64,000 nt of DNA from Spirochaetota bacterium (GTDB lineage Bacteria; Spirochaetota; UBA6919; CBDBPB01). Within the stretch, counting starts at the first letter, position 1; the number at the start of each line of letters is the position of its first letter. The stretch is from contig CBDBPB010000009.1 in NCBI GenBank assembly GCA_965208615.1, forward strand, positions 53,931 to 117,930, in the 5' to 3' direction. The notes under the pieces are model-generated. The model ran no database searches, was not told where the DNA came from, and worked only from the letters and a program-made list of their open reading frames with translations. Both the position numbers and the translations under genes were made by a program. Of this stretch, positions 40,526 to 49,927 are shown in pieces.

Positions 40526-41608
40526 TTAACTGTTATTCATAAGTTTTATAAACTCATCAAACAGGTAGTTTGAATCATTAGGTCCAGGGGAACTCTCTGG
40601 GTGATATTGAACCGAAAAAATACCTAACTCATTATGACGTATGCCTTCTATTGTGTTGTCATTAAGGTTAATATGAGTTATCTCAATGTCTTTTGACATA
40701 TTATTAACAGCAAATCCATGATTTTGTGATGTTATCTCAATCATTTTATTAGATAAATTCTTTACTGGGTGATTAGCACCATGATGACCAAACTTTAACT
40801 TATAAGTACTAGCTCCAAGAGCAATGGATAGTATTTGATGGCCTAAACATATACCAAAAATTGGTTTTTTACCAATTAACTCCCTAACAGTACTTATAGA
40901 CTTAACCACAGCAGAAGGATCCCCTGGACCATTAGATAAAAATACTCCATCTGGATTTAACTTTATAATATCATCAAATGAACTATCCGCCGGTATAACC
41001 GTAATATTACACCCTCTATTAGATAACATTCTCAATATATTTGTTTTTATTCCAAAGTCTAGAGCAACAACGTGATACTTAAATTGGCCTTTAGCAGGAA
41101 AAGAATAAACCTTATTAGTAGATACCTTATTAACAAGATTAAGACCTTCCATCTTCGGAGAATTAATAACTTTATCAATTAATACTTTGTTATCCCACTC
41201 TCCAATGGCCAATAATCCCCTTAGTGCACCCTTTTCTCTAATATGTCTAGTTAGTTTACGAGTATCTATCCCCTCAACAGCTGGAATTTTATACTCCTTT
41301 AAATAACTATCCAAAGACCTATTAGCCCTAAAATTAGAGTAATACCTCTGATACTCCCTCACAACAAAACCAGATACCCAAACCTTGTTCGACTCTATAT
41401 CATCATCATTAATACCATAATTTCCTATTAGGGGATAAGTCATAGTAACAATTTGTTGACAGTAAGACGGATCAGTTAATATCTCCTGATAACCTGTCAT
41501 ACTAGTATTAAAAACTATTTCGCCAGTTTTGATAAGCTCTTTATCTTCATATCCAAAAGACTTACCAGTAAATATTGTTCCATCCTCTAAAACAACTTTT
41601 CCAATCAA
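40526..41608 (-). CDS. carA: Carbamoyl-phosphate synthase small subunit
   Basis: GEIVFNTSMTGYQEILTDPSY, LSNGPGDP, GICLGHQ, VQYHPE; TTG 41608 behind GGAG. Confidence 0.98.
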   Translation of the reverse strand: MIGKVVLEDGTIFTGKSFGYEDKELIKTGEIVFNTSMTGYQEILTDPSYCQQIVTMTYPLIGNYGINDDDIESNKVWVSGFVVREYQRYYSNFRANRSLDSYLKEYKIPAVEGIDTRKLTRHIREKGALRGLLAIGEWDNKVLIDKVINSPKMEGLNLVNKVSTNKVYSFPAKGQFKYHVVALDFGIKTNILRMLSNRGCNITVIPADSSFDDIIKLNPDGVFLSNGPGDPSAVVKSISTVRELIGKKPIFGICLGHQILSIALGASTYKLKFGHHGANHPVKNLSNKMIEITSQNHGFAVNNMSKDIEITHINLNDNTIEGIRHNELGIFSVQYHPESSPGPNDSNYLFDEFIKLMNNS

Positions 41609-41799
41609 AATAACCACTCCAATAGGCTTATTATGGCTATATTTTACTAAATAAACCGTTAGCAAATATTCTAAATAAATATAATAAAAAGCGTTTTAAG
41701 GTAGGTAGTTAAAAAAAAGTGTTTGTTAATAATAGCTTTTATAACAAAATATATAACATAAAAAAATAGCTATGTTATATTAACTCTATTAATAAATAG

Positions 41800-42663
41800 T
41801 TAGCTTTTGCTTGCTAAATTAGGTCTTATATTACTAGTTTTACTTATAATCATTTTTAACGCTCTTACAGATAACGGAGGGGCTCCTACCTCTCTTACAA
41901 GCAATAAAACTCCTTTTAATTTATTATCTATATTTATTGGGAATAAATAAATCTGATTATACTTTCTATATTCTGATTCTAAGAACATACAATTAAATGT
42001 CTTAGATTTAGTAATCTTACCAGTTAAATATAAGTTCTTTTTTTTATCTATAAGCTTCTTAAATAAAGGATTCGGAATATTTAAGTTATTCTCTATTTGC
42101 TCTAACAAATCAATCGAGAATAAACTATATCTCTCTATAGTAAACTTCTCATTATATTTTTTAAGGAGTAACATTTTCTCTAAGCTAACCTTTGATTGTA
42201 GTTTTGGGATTTCATTATCCCAAAATCTTTTTATCAAATAAGAAAGTTCATTATTATTAGAGGTCTTCCCCTCTACTTCGTCTATTAGAGAATGTAGATG
42301 CTCATTCTGTACTCTATTATTTTTAGTATAGCCTTCTTTTCCGTTATCAACACTATCATAGCCCCTGCTATAAATACTATCATAAGTATATTGCGGTTTT
42401 TCTTGACTGTCCCCAGAGTCATAAGGCTCCACATACTCATACTTTTGCTCATGATCATAGCCTTTTTCATGTATTTCAGTTAGTCCAACAATATCCTCTT
42501 CGGGATTAACAGTACTATTACCCTTATAAGATGAACGCCTAACAGATCTTATCCATATAATAATAGGCAATATAAAAAGTAAAAAAACCATACTAACAAT
42601 AAATGCTATAAAAGCATATTCATAAATAATATCTGAATTTTTAAAGGTATTTTGGATATCCAT
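41800..42663 (-). CDS. Hypothetical membrane-anchored protein, GAF-like C-terminus
   Basis: N-terminal TM, acidic/Tyr linker, IYLFPI....LKGVLLL. Confidence 0.7.
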   Translation of the reverse strand: MDIQNTFKNSDIIYEYAFIAFIVSMVFLLFILPIIIWIRSVRRSSYKGNSTVNPEEDIVGLTEIHEKGYDHEQKYEYVEPYDSGDSQEKPQYTYDSIYSRGYDSVDNGKEGYTKNNRVQNEHLHSLIDEVEGKTSNNNELSYLIKRFWDNEIPKLQSKVSLEKMLLLKKYNEKFTIERYSLFSIDLLEQIENNLNIPNPLFKKLIDKKKNLYLTGKITKSKTFNCMFLESEYRKYNQIYLFPINIDNKLKGVLLLVREVGAPPLSVRALKMIISKTSNIRPNLASKS

Positions 42664-42774
42664 TTTTTAAAACTTACTCTTTTGTGGTTTATTAGTAATT
42701 CGACAACATTATCGTATAAATTAATGGCTTTTTATACTTTCTTTATTCCAAATAAAGCTTTATATAATTATTAA

Positions 42775-43503
42775 TCAGCAATATAACTTAAACTCACTTA
42801 ATCTAAAGTCAGATAATATTAAATTTATATTTTTGGTGATAGACTTTAACACAGTACTATTTTTCACTCTTTTTTCAAGTATAACTAATTTAATATAATT
42901 ATTAAGTTCATTTAAAAAAAGTCCAATTTCTTTAAGGAATCTTTTTTCATCAAGTTCAACCTCACTAAAACTAATATATTTTTTTTCCAAAAAGAGAATA
43001 TGGTCTTCTATTCTGGGTGAATAGCCTTTTCTTGCATTACCTACAAGCCATTCTATCCTATCTGTAAAGGGTTTTAATGAGTTATTCAATGAATAGTTTT
43101 TTTCTAGGAGTATAATATTCTCCAATTTTTGGTATTCATTAAAAAAAAAGCTATTAAGAGCACCCAAAGCTTTTTTTAGCTCAAAAGAGGCCTTAGGATG
43201 AATATCATAAATAGGATAATGCTCAATTTTCTTATAGTTCTCATTTATTATATTATTGATGAACTTTTTTAGAATAGGATTCTTTTTTTGTTCTATTTTA
43301 TTTTTTATTTGTTTTATTGTATTAATTTCTTCAAAAATAAAAGATTCAATATTTAATTTATTATCCATGGTTATGTTAAGACGCTGTTCAAAAGCGGTTA
43401 TATTAAAGATATTTTTTCCATAAGCCTTAGCACCATCATAATACTCTTGTCTTAGTTTGTTTAATATTTCATTTTTTTCATTTGGTTTTAATGAGTTATC
43501 CAT
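42775..43503 (-). CDS. Hypothetical protein directly downstream of obgE
   Basis: 242-aa helical ORF abutting the obgE stop; ends ILSDFRL. Confidence 0.75.
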   Translation of the reverse strand: MDNSLKPNEKNEILNKLRQEYYDGAKAYGKNIFNITAFEQRLNITMDNKLNIESFIFEEINTIKQIKNKIEQKKNPILKKFINNIINENYKKIEHYPIYDIHPKASFELKKALGALNSFFFNEYQKLENIILLEKNYSLNNSLKPFTDRIEWLVGNARKGYSPRIEDHILFLEKKYISFSEVELDEKRFLKEIGLFLNELNNYIKLVILEKRVKNSTVLKSITKNINLILSDFRLSEFKLYC

Positions 43504-44493
43504 TTAGTACTTTGTATTATTAATCAAGTTAAACATTTTTTTCTTTAGTTCTTCTACGCCTTCATTGTTAAGAGCCGAAATAGAAAAAACTTTTGTTTTA
43601 CCTTTATATTGATTAATAAACTCTCCGACTTTATTTTTATCATTAAAAAGATCGATTTTATTTAGTACAATATAACATGGTTTTTTTAATAAATCGGGAT
43701 GATAGCTATATAATTCTTTTTCCAACAGCTCAAATTGATGAAGTGGATTATCTAAAAACAGATCAATTAAAAATATTAATGCTTTAGTCCGCTCAATATG
43801 TTTTAGAAATCGTATACCTAACCCACTACCTTTATGAGCCCCTTCTATTAGTCCTGGTATATCTGCTATAGTGTATGAGTCAAACTCTCCAATTCTAACT
43901 ACCCCTAAATTGGGATATAATGTTGTAAAGGGATAGTCTGCAATTTTTGGTTTTGCTTTTGATAGTTTTGCCAATAAAGTTGACTTTCCAGCATTAGGTA
44001 ATCCAACTATTCCGATATCGGCAATGATTTTAAGTTCAAGGTATAGATATTTTTCTTTACCTGGTTCACCGTTCTGAGAAAACTTAGGCGAACGATATGT
44101 AGAGCTAGTAAAGTGTGCATTTCCTTTTCCGCCTCTACCCCCTCTGACAATTACTATTTCACTATTATTTTTATTGAGGTCGATTACTTTTTCACTATAC
44201 TTATCCCTAATCACAGTACCTATAGGTAGTTCAATAATACATGGTTTACCCGCTTTACCAGTTTTATTTTGTCTTCCACCATTTCGTCCTGCTTGAGCTG
44301 TAAAAACAGATTTATTTTTTATATGGCTTAACGTAATTAGGTTTTTTTTTGATTTAATGATAACATCGCCCCCTTTACCTCCGTCACCACCATCTGGTCC
44401 GCCAAAGGGTATGTATTTTTCTCGTCTAAAGGATGTTATCCCGTTACCTCCTTTCCCAGAGCTAACTATTAATTCTGCTTCATCTGTAAACAT
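43504..44493 (-). CDS. obgE: GTPase ObgE/CgtA
   Basis: FRREKYIPFGGPDGGDGGKGG, GLPNAGKSTL, DYPFTT, DIPG, NKID. Confidence 0.98.
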   Translation of the reverse strand: MFTDEAELIVSSGKGGNGITSFRREKYIPFGGPDGGDGGKGGDVIIKSKKNLITLSHIKNKSVFTAQAGRNGGRQNKTGKAGKPCIIELPIGTVIRDKYSEKVIDLNKNNSEIVIVRGGRGGKGNAHFTSSTYRSPKFSQNGEPGKEKYLYLELKIIADIGIVGLPNAGKSTLLAKLSKAKPKIADYPFTTLYPNLGVVRIGEFDSYTIADIPGLIEGAHKGSGLGIRFLKHIERTKALIFLIDLFLDNPLHQFELLEKELYSYHPDLLKKPCYIVLNKIDLFNDKNKVGEFINQYKGKTKVFSISALNNEGVEELKKKMFNLINNTKY

Positions 44494-44656
44494 ATATATA
44501 TACCAATATTAAAAAGTTAATAAACCTTTAGTTAGCCTATTAAAGTTAACCACAATATAATTTACTATACCTAATTAAAAATAATGAATTATCTAAAATA
44601 AAACACCTTTTTAATATTTAAGATAATGTTATATACAGTTTACATTTTAGTATATA

Positions 44657-45196
44657 TTACTTTTTTGTGAACTTTAGAATATTACCTTCTTCCGACTGGA
44701 TTGACTCAAAGTCAAATGAACGAGATAATATATTCTCAGCGGCTTTTTCAAAAATTGAATCATAATCAGTGGGTATGTAAAACTTTTCAACAAAATGCTT
44801 CCTAATTACCTTTTCTGCAGCTTGTATATGATTTAATACATCCTTTTTATGCCTTAACTTTCTACCCTCTATGGAGCCTAATATAGTATCCACAATAAAC
44901 TCAAATACATAAATCTTATAATCAGACATAGCATTTTTTACAGCCTTGTCAGAAAAATCATAATTATTAAAACTATCCTCTAAAACCTTATTATTAAAAT
45001 GAACCTTTTCTAAAACACTCCTATACTCTTTTAACTCCTCTTCTTCACTAGAACTAAGCTCTAACTTATTCTCCAAACTACTTTCTATCTTAACAATTGC
45101 CTTTTTATTTCTCTCATAAACCTTTGAAAAGCTCTGGTATAATTTAAAACTTTTTAAATAATGACTCAATCTTAAAAACTTATCCAGGTTTTTCAT
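44657..45196 (-). CDS. Hypothetical protein, probably sigma28-dependent
   Basis: 179-aa helical ORF with GGGAGGGGA RBS and a FliA-like promoter. Confidence 0.75.
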   Translation of the reverse strand: MKNLDKFLRLSHYLKSFKLYQSFSKVYERNKKAIVKIESSLENKLELSSSEEEELKEYRSVLEKVHFNNKVLEDSFNNYDFSDKAVKNAMSDYKIYVFEFIVDTILGSIEGRKLRHKKDVLNHIQAAEKVIRKHFVEKFYIPTDYDSIFEKAAENILSRSFDFESIQSEEGNILKFTKK

Positions 45197-45218
45197 ATAT
45201 CCCCTCCCAATTGAAAAT

Positions 45219-45245
45219 ATATCGGTTGAATGCTAAATAATCTTA
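45219..45245 (-). promoter_or_regulatory. Sigma28 (FliA)-like promoter
   Basis: TAAG-N15-ACCGATAT, 22 nt upstream of ATG 45196; consensus TAAA-N15-GCCGATAA. Confidence 0.55.
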
Positions 45246-45377
45246 GAAAAAATTACAAAAGCATATTTTAACTCTAAAGTAAAATTAACTCAAAAAAGAA
45301 GTATAAAATTTTGTTTAATTATAAATTTTGTCGATAATCGCCTTATAATAAACTTTATATAAAAAAGAGGTTTATAG

Positions 45378-46178
45378 GTGAAGTTTTCCATTGAAAAAAA
45401 CTACATTAAAGAACAAAAAAATATAATCAATAAACTTAATACCAAGTTAACTGAAAAAAATCAAGAAATTAATACTTTAAATCAAAAAATAATAGACAAT
45501 AATAAACTCCCTAATAAAGAAATAGCCCATAAAAATAACTTACCTTATCAGCTATATATACCCAAAGTTATGGAGGATACCCTAAAAAATATTGATCCAA
45601 GTTTATACATAGAAGGAAAGTTAAAGTTTATCACAATCTTGCAAATAAAAATGGATAGCGTTAACCAATTACACGAACAACTTTCTGCTAAAACATATGT
45701 TACCCTATATAACAAAATATTTAAGCAAATATTTTCTATCATATATAAAAATTATGGCATTATTACTCAGGTTTACGGTGAAAGCCTTCAGGGGGTATTT
45801 GGTCTATTTTCAAATAATAATTCCAAAGAAGCAAAAAACGCTTTAATTACCGCTACTGAAATACAACTAAAGCTTAATGCCATTAATGATTATCTAAAAA
45901 CCAAAAAGTTAAATACAATTAATATAGGTATTGGTATTCACTCTGGAGAAACTGTTATAGGTAAAATGGAACATAGTAAAAATGGTAATCTATTTATTAT
46001 GGGAGATCAAGCAAAAATTGCTGAAATGGTTGAAAACCTATCAAAAAAGTATTACTTTTCTATTATTCTTTCCGAAAATACCAAAAATATAGTTAATAGT
46101 GATTTTAGTTTTAGTGATGTGGGATTCCTTAAAACTCCTGGTAGTAAAGATAAGCTTAAAGTGTATAAAGTAAATTAA
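45378..46178 (+). CDS. Class III adenylate/guanylate cyclase-fold protein, catalytically degenerate
   Basis: IGIGIHSGETVIG, MGDQAKIA, IILSENT fold signatures; coiled-coil N-terminus; catalytic Asp/Asn/Arg replaced. Confidence 0.8.
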   Translation: MKFSIEKNYIKEQKNIINKLNTKLTEKNQEINTLNQKIIDNNKLPNKEIAHKNNLPYQLYIPKVMEDTLKNIDPSLYIEGKLKFITILQIKMDSVNQLHEQLSAKTYVTLYNKIFKQIFSIIYKNYGIITQVYGESLQGVFGLFSNNNSKEAKNALITATEIQLKLNAINDYLKTKKLNTINIGIGIHSGETVIGKMEHSKNGNLFIMGDQAKIAEMVENLSKKYYFSIILSENTKNIVNSDFSFSDVGFLKTPGSKDKLKVYKVN

Positions 46179-46248
46179 TATCCAATAATTAAACTTAATA
46201 TGACAACTAACTACATAAAGCTATACCGCTATTTAATAGAGTAGCCCT

Positions 46249-47013
46249 GTGCATGTTGATATTGACAAATATGCTAAACTCAAATCTATTATTCATAACT
46301 GGGATGCACGATTTAAAATAGTATGTTTATCCATTCTAATACTTTCCTTTACTTTGATTCAAAAAAAATTACTTTTTCCTGTTATGATTATAATCCCCTT
46401 GGTTTTAGCTTTCATAGCTAAGTTACCTATATTTTTTATCTTAGTTAGACTAAGACTGGCGATTACTTTTTTTATAATAGTCCTTATCTTTCTCCCTCTT
46501 GGCTATGGGGATAGTGTTATGTGTTATATTATTGGCATTAACATTTATTATGACGGATTTTATTTAGCTCTTGCCATTATCTCAAGGGGAATAGCTATTA
46601 TAATAACAGTTATTGTAATGTTTGGAACTGCTCCTTTTGATATATCCATGAGAGCCTTGTATAGCCTTAGAATGCCTGCTACTTTGATATCCCTAATTTT
46701 ATTTACATATAGATATATATTTTTATATATGGATAACTTAAGAAAAATGAATAATGCCCTCATATTAAGAGGATTTAAAAAAAAGCTAAGGTTAAACTCT
46801 ATTAAGATAATCTCTATATTAGCGTCTACACTGCTAATCAGAAGCTATGAACAAGCAGAAAGAATTTATAATGCTATGATATTAAGGGGCTATCAGGGTA
46901 GGCTATTATTAAAGCATCCTTTTAGAGTTAGTATATCGGATTTGGTTTTAGCGTTTATTATAGTCAATATTGCTGTTTTATTGGTTTATTTAGAGGTAGG
47001 TTATGTGTTATAA
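46249..47013 (+). CDS. cbiQ: Cobalt/nickel ECF transporter T component
   Basis: IHNWDARFK, FTYRYIF, LRGF, LLIRSYEQAERIYNAMILRGY. Confidence 0.9.
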   Translation: MHVDIDKYAKLKSIIHNWDARFKIVCLSILILSFTLIQKKLLFPVMIIIPLVLAFIAKLPIFFILVRLRLAITFFIIVLIFLPLGYGDSVMCYIIGINIYYDGFYLALAIISRGIAIIITVIVMFGTAPFDISMRALYSLRMPATLISLILFTYRYIFLYMDNLRKMNNALILRGFKKKLRLNSIKIISILASTLLIRSYEQAERIYNAMILRGYQGRLLLKHPFRVSISDLVLAFIIVNIAVLLVYLEVGYVL

Positions 47014-47734
47014 CGCTGTTAAGATTAATAATTTAGACTTTTCTTATCCAGATAAAAAAAACGTTTTGGATAATATATATCTAAACGTTATCACTGGGAA
47101 TAGTATAGGATTAGTTGGTGGTAATGGTTCTGGTAAAACAACCCTGTTCTATTTGATCAGTGGAATATTAAAGCCATTAAAAGGTAGTATTTTCGTCTTT
47201 GAGAAAAAGGTTAAACTAAAAACCTTTAATCCTGATGTCGGATTCGTATTTCAGAACCCCGATGATCAACTATTCTCTCCAACAGTATATGACGATATTG
47301 CTTTTGGACTCTTAAACATGGGACTATCTGAAAAAGATGTATACCAAAGAGTTATGCTCACTTTAGAAAAAGCCAACTATAAACATTTAGTTAACCGTCC
47401 TTCTCAGCATTTGTCTGGCGGAGAAAAGCGTAAAATTAGTATTTTAGCTACCGCTGTTATGGAGCCTAAGCTTATGATGCTGGATGAACCAACCTCCAAT
47501 ATGGATATTAAAGCAAGACGTGAATTAATAAACTTTCTCAATAGTCTTTCTAATACTAAGATAATCTCATCTCACGACTTGGAGTTTATCTTAGAAACAT
47601 GTGAAAAAGTAATACTCCTTAATAAAGCTAGAGTAGAGGTATTTGGATATGCCAAAGAAATACTTGCCAATAAAGAGCTAATGGAGAAATGTAATCAAGA
47701 AGTTCCCCCCTCTATGAAAAATGGACTTTTATGA
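47003..47734 (+). CDS. cbiO: ECF transporter ATP-binding protein
   Basis: GGNGSGKTT, FQNPDDQLF, LSGGEKR, LDEPT, SHD; overlaps cbiQ. Confidence 0.9.
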   Translation: MCYNAVKINNLDFSYPDKKNVLDNIYLNVITGNSIGLVGGNGSGKTTLFYLISGILKPLKGSIFVFEKKVKLKTFNPDVGFVFQNPDDQLFSPTVYDDIAFGLLNMGLSEKDVYQRVMLTLEKANYKHLVNRPSQHLSGGEKRKISILATAVMEPKLMMLDEPTSNMDIKARRELINFLNSLSNTKIISSHDLEFILETCEKVILLNKARVEVFGYAKEILANKELMEKCNQEVPPSMKNGLL

Positions 47735-48226
47735 CATCTCTGCCATACTAAGATCAGTCTTCTCAAGCTGAATTACTTCCTCAGTAGAAAATATGTGATC
47801 TATATTAAGCAATATGATAAAATGCTTGTCTATTTTAACAACTCCATCAATATACCTTTCAGAATTAGACTTTGACATACTCGACGGAGGAGGAAGAATA
47901 TTAGACTCGGGTGTAGATATTACCTGTGATACATTATCTACAATCATACCAATCTTTTTTTCTTCTACCTCAATAATAATAACCCTGGTATTACTTTTAT
48001 ATTCTTTTGACATAAGTCCAAACTTTTCCCTTAGGTCAATAATAGGTATAACTGTTCCTCGTAAATCAATTATACCTTTAATAAAATGAGGAGCTCTAGG
48101 AAGTTTTGTTATATCAGGTAGTCTTACAACTTCTTGAACCTTTAATATTTCAATACCATATTCTTCAACATCCACAGAAAACGTAACCACTTGCTTAATA
48201 TTTATACTAGCTTCATCATTTAGCAT
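47729..48226 (-). CDS. cheW: Chemotaxis coupling protein CheW
   Basis: EEYGIEILKVQEV, GIIDLRGTVIPIIDLR, IGMIVDNV. Confidence 0.96.
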   Translation of the reverse strand: MLNDEASINIKQVVTFSVDVEEYGIEILKVQEVVRLPDITKLPRAPHFIKGIIDLRGTVIPIIDLREKFGLMSKEYKSNTRVIIIEVEEKKIGMIVDNVSQVISTPESNILPPPSSMSKSNSERYIDGVVKIDKHFIILLNIDHIFSTEEVIQLEKTDLSMAEMS

Positions 48227-48542
48227 AATAACCCCTCTTAAAGGCTTATATAAATTAACTAACTAATATATAGCTAACTATAAAGTTAAACACCTTAATT
48301 CACTAAAAAATTAAATAATGATAGAACAACATAAGCAAGTTTATATTATCTTAGTTATTAAGATGTCTATGCAAATGTATTTATCCTTTTTTCTAAAGCA
48401 ATACATTAAAATTAATAAGTCTTTCTTATAAACTACTATGTATTAGTCGAATTTTAGTGTATATAAAAATTATGCTAAATAATTCTAATAAATTTGATAT
48501 ATTTATATTAAATTTGAATCAGTTAACAAAGGTAGGATTAAT

Positions 48543-49214
48543 ATGAATGAAAACTCATACAGTTATAAAGCTGAATTATATAGACTAAATTGCATTGAAA
48601 TAAGTTCAGAACTAATAAATCCCAAATATGAAGAATACCCCATCTTATTCGTAGATAATGCAATAAAATCAAAAAACGAACTAACAGAATATGAAAATTA
48701 CGTTTTAGGTGCAAGAAATGGTATGCCCAGTTGGAAAGACTATTACGCCATTAAAAACCTAGTAGAAACCCTTGAAGAAGTTGCAGGACTAGAAAACGAT
48801 AACGCTAAAATCCTACTAAAACAAGTTAAAAAAAGATTTATCAAAAACCTTTATAGCAAAATTAACATAAATAAAGATAATATATCACCTGCTATAGAGC
48901 CATATCTCTTTCCAATATTACAAAAACTTGAGCTATTCTTCCCCGAAGATAATAGCTTCATTAATCTGCTATTAAAAATAGACTACGGTAAACTAAGCAA
49001 AACTGACCTAATAAACGCTAAAAAGCAACTTAAAACCTTGTTCAAAGAAGATCATTACTTTCTTGATAACGAAAAAATATTCTTAACCCTAAACCTTGAG
49101 TATTTTGACTCGCAAAAACAAACTAGCTTTAATAAAAAACTAGCCAAATTAAAAAATACAACAATAAAAAAAAGCTTGTCAGAAGTTCTCTCAAAAGTAA
49201 AAGTATTTGAATAA
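48543..49214 (+). CDS. Hypothetical protein
   Basis: 223-aa ORF with AGGA RBS; no recognised motif. Confidence 0.7.
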   Translation: MNENSYSYKAELYRLNCIEISSELINPKYEEYPILFVDNAIKSKNELTEYENYVLGARNGMPSWKDYYAIKNLVETLEEVAGLENDNAKILLKQVKKRFIKNLYSKININKDNISPAIEPYLFPILQKLELFFPEDNSFINLLLKIDYGKLSKTDLINAKKQLKTLFKEDHYFLDNEKIFLTLNLEYFDSQKQTSFNKKLAKLKNTTIKKSLSEVLSKVKVFE

Positions 49215-49224
49215 TTAATAAAAC

Positions 49225-49917
49225 CTATTTTTTAACAATACTGCTTAACTGTTTTATGCCGTACTCTTCCCTAACAAGCCTTATAAGCCCACGAATTAAT
49301 ATATCCCTCCCCAATACAGAAACATCACAATAACTTTTTAAGGTCTCAACAAAACATATATTATAAGAAAAACCTCCAGATAAATACAAGTGAAAAGGCT
49401 TTTTAGCAAAAAAATAACTATTTTTAGCCATCCCTTTTAAAAACATAGATATTACCTCTTCTGGCATTAGCCCTTTATTAATCTCGTCAAAAATCTTCTC
49501 TATACCAAGAAGACCACAAGTAACAGGGATTATCTTATCAGAAGGCTTAATTGAGTTATAGTCTATATTATAATATTTTCCCAAAAGCTCAGTAGTAAAG
49601 CCTATATTCCCGCCACAAGAGCTATTCCAATCCATAGTCTTAACTTCTCGATTTCTTATTATTACAAACTTACTATCCCTTGCTCCTATGTCTAATAGCG
49701 TAAAGTCATCATCTGGTATTACCTCTAATCCACCTTCTACTAATGCTATTAGCTCATTAACATAGTTTGAGCATACAGACTTACTTGAGTGACCAGTAGC
49801 ATAATCATAAAATCGAGTCTTATCCTTTACAAGCTCCTTAGTCGGAACAATAATAAGGCTATCTCTGTTAATATCATATACTTTGCTGTAACTAGAACCC
49901 CCATCACATAAAAGCAT
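49225..49917 (-). CDS. BadF/BadG/BcrA/BcrD (HgdC-like) ATP-dependent [4Fe-4S] activator
   Basis: DGGSSYSK, ATGH, NELIAL, LDIGARDSK, WNSSCGG and VTCG (two cluster Cys), LSGG. Confidence 0.85.
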   Translation of the reverse strand: MLLCDGGSSYSKVYDINRDSLIIVPTKELVKDKTRFYDYATGHSSKSVCSNYVNELIALVEGGLEVIPDDDFTLLDIGARDSKFVIIRNREVKTMDWNSSCGGNIGFTTELLGKYYNIDYNSIKPSDKIIPVTCGLLGIEKIFDEINKGLMPEEVISMFLKGMAKNSYFFAKKPFHLYLSGGFSYNICFVETLKSYCDVSVLGRDILIRGLIRLVREEYGIKQLSSIVKK

Positions 49918-49927
49918 TTTTCCTCTT

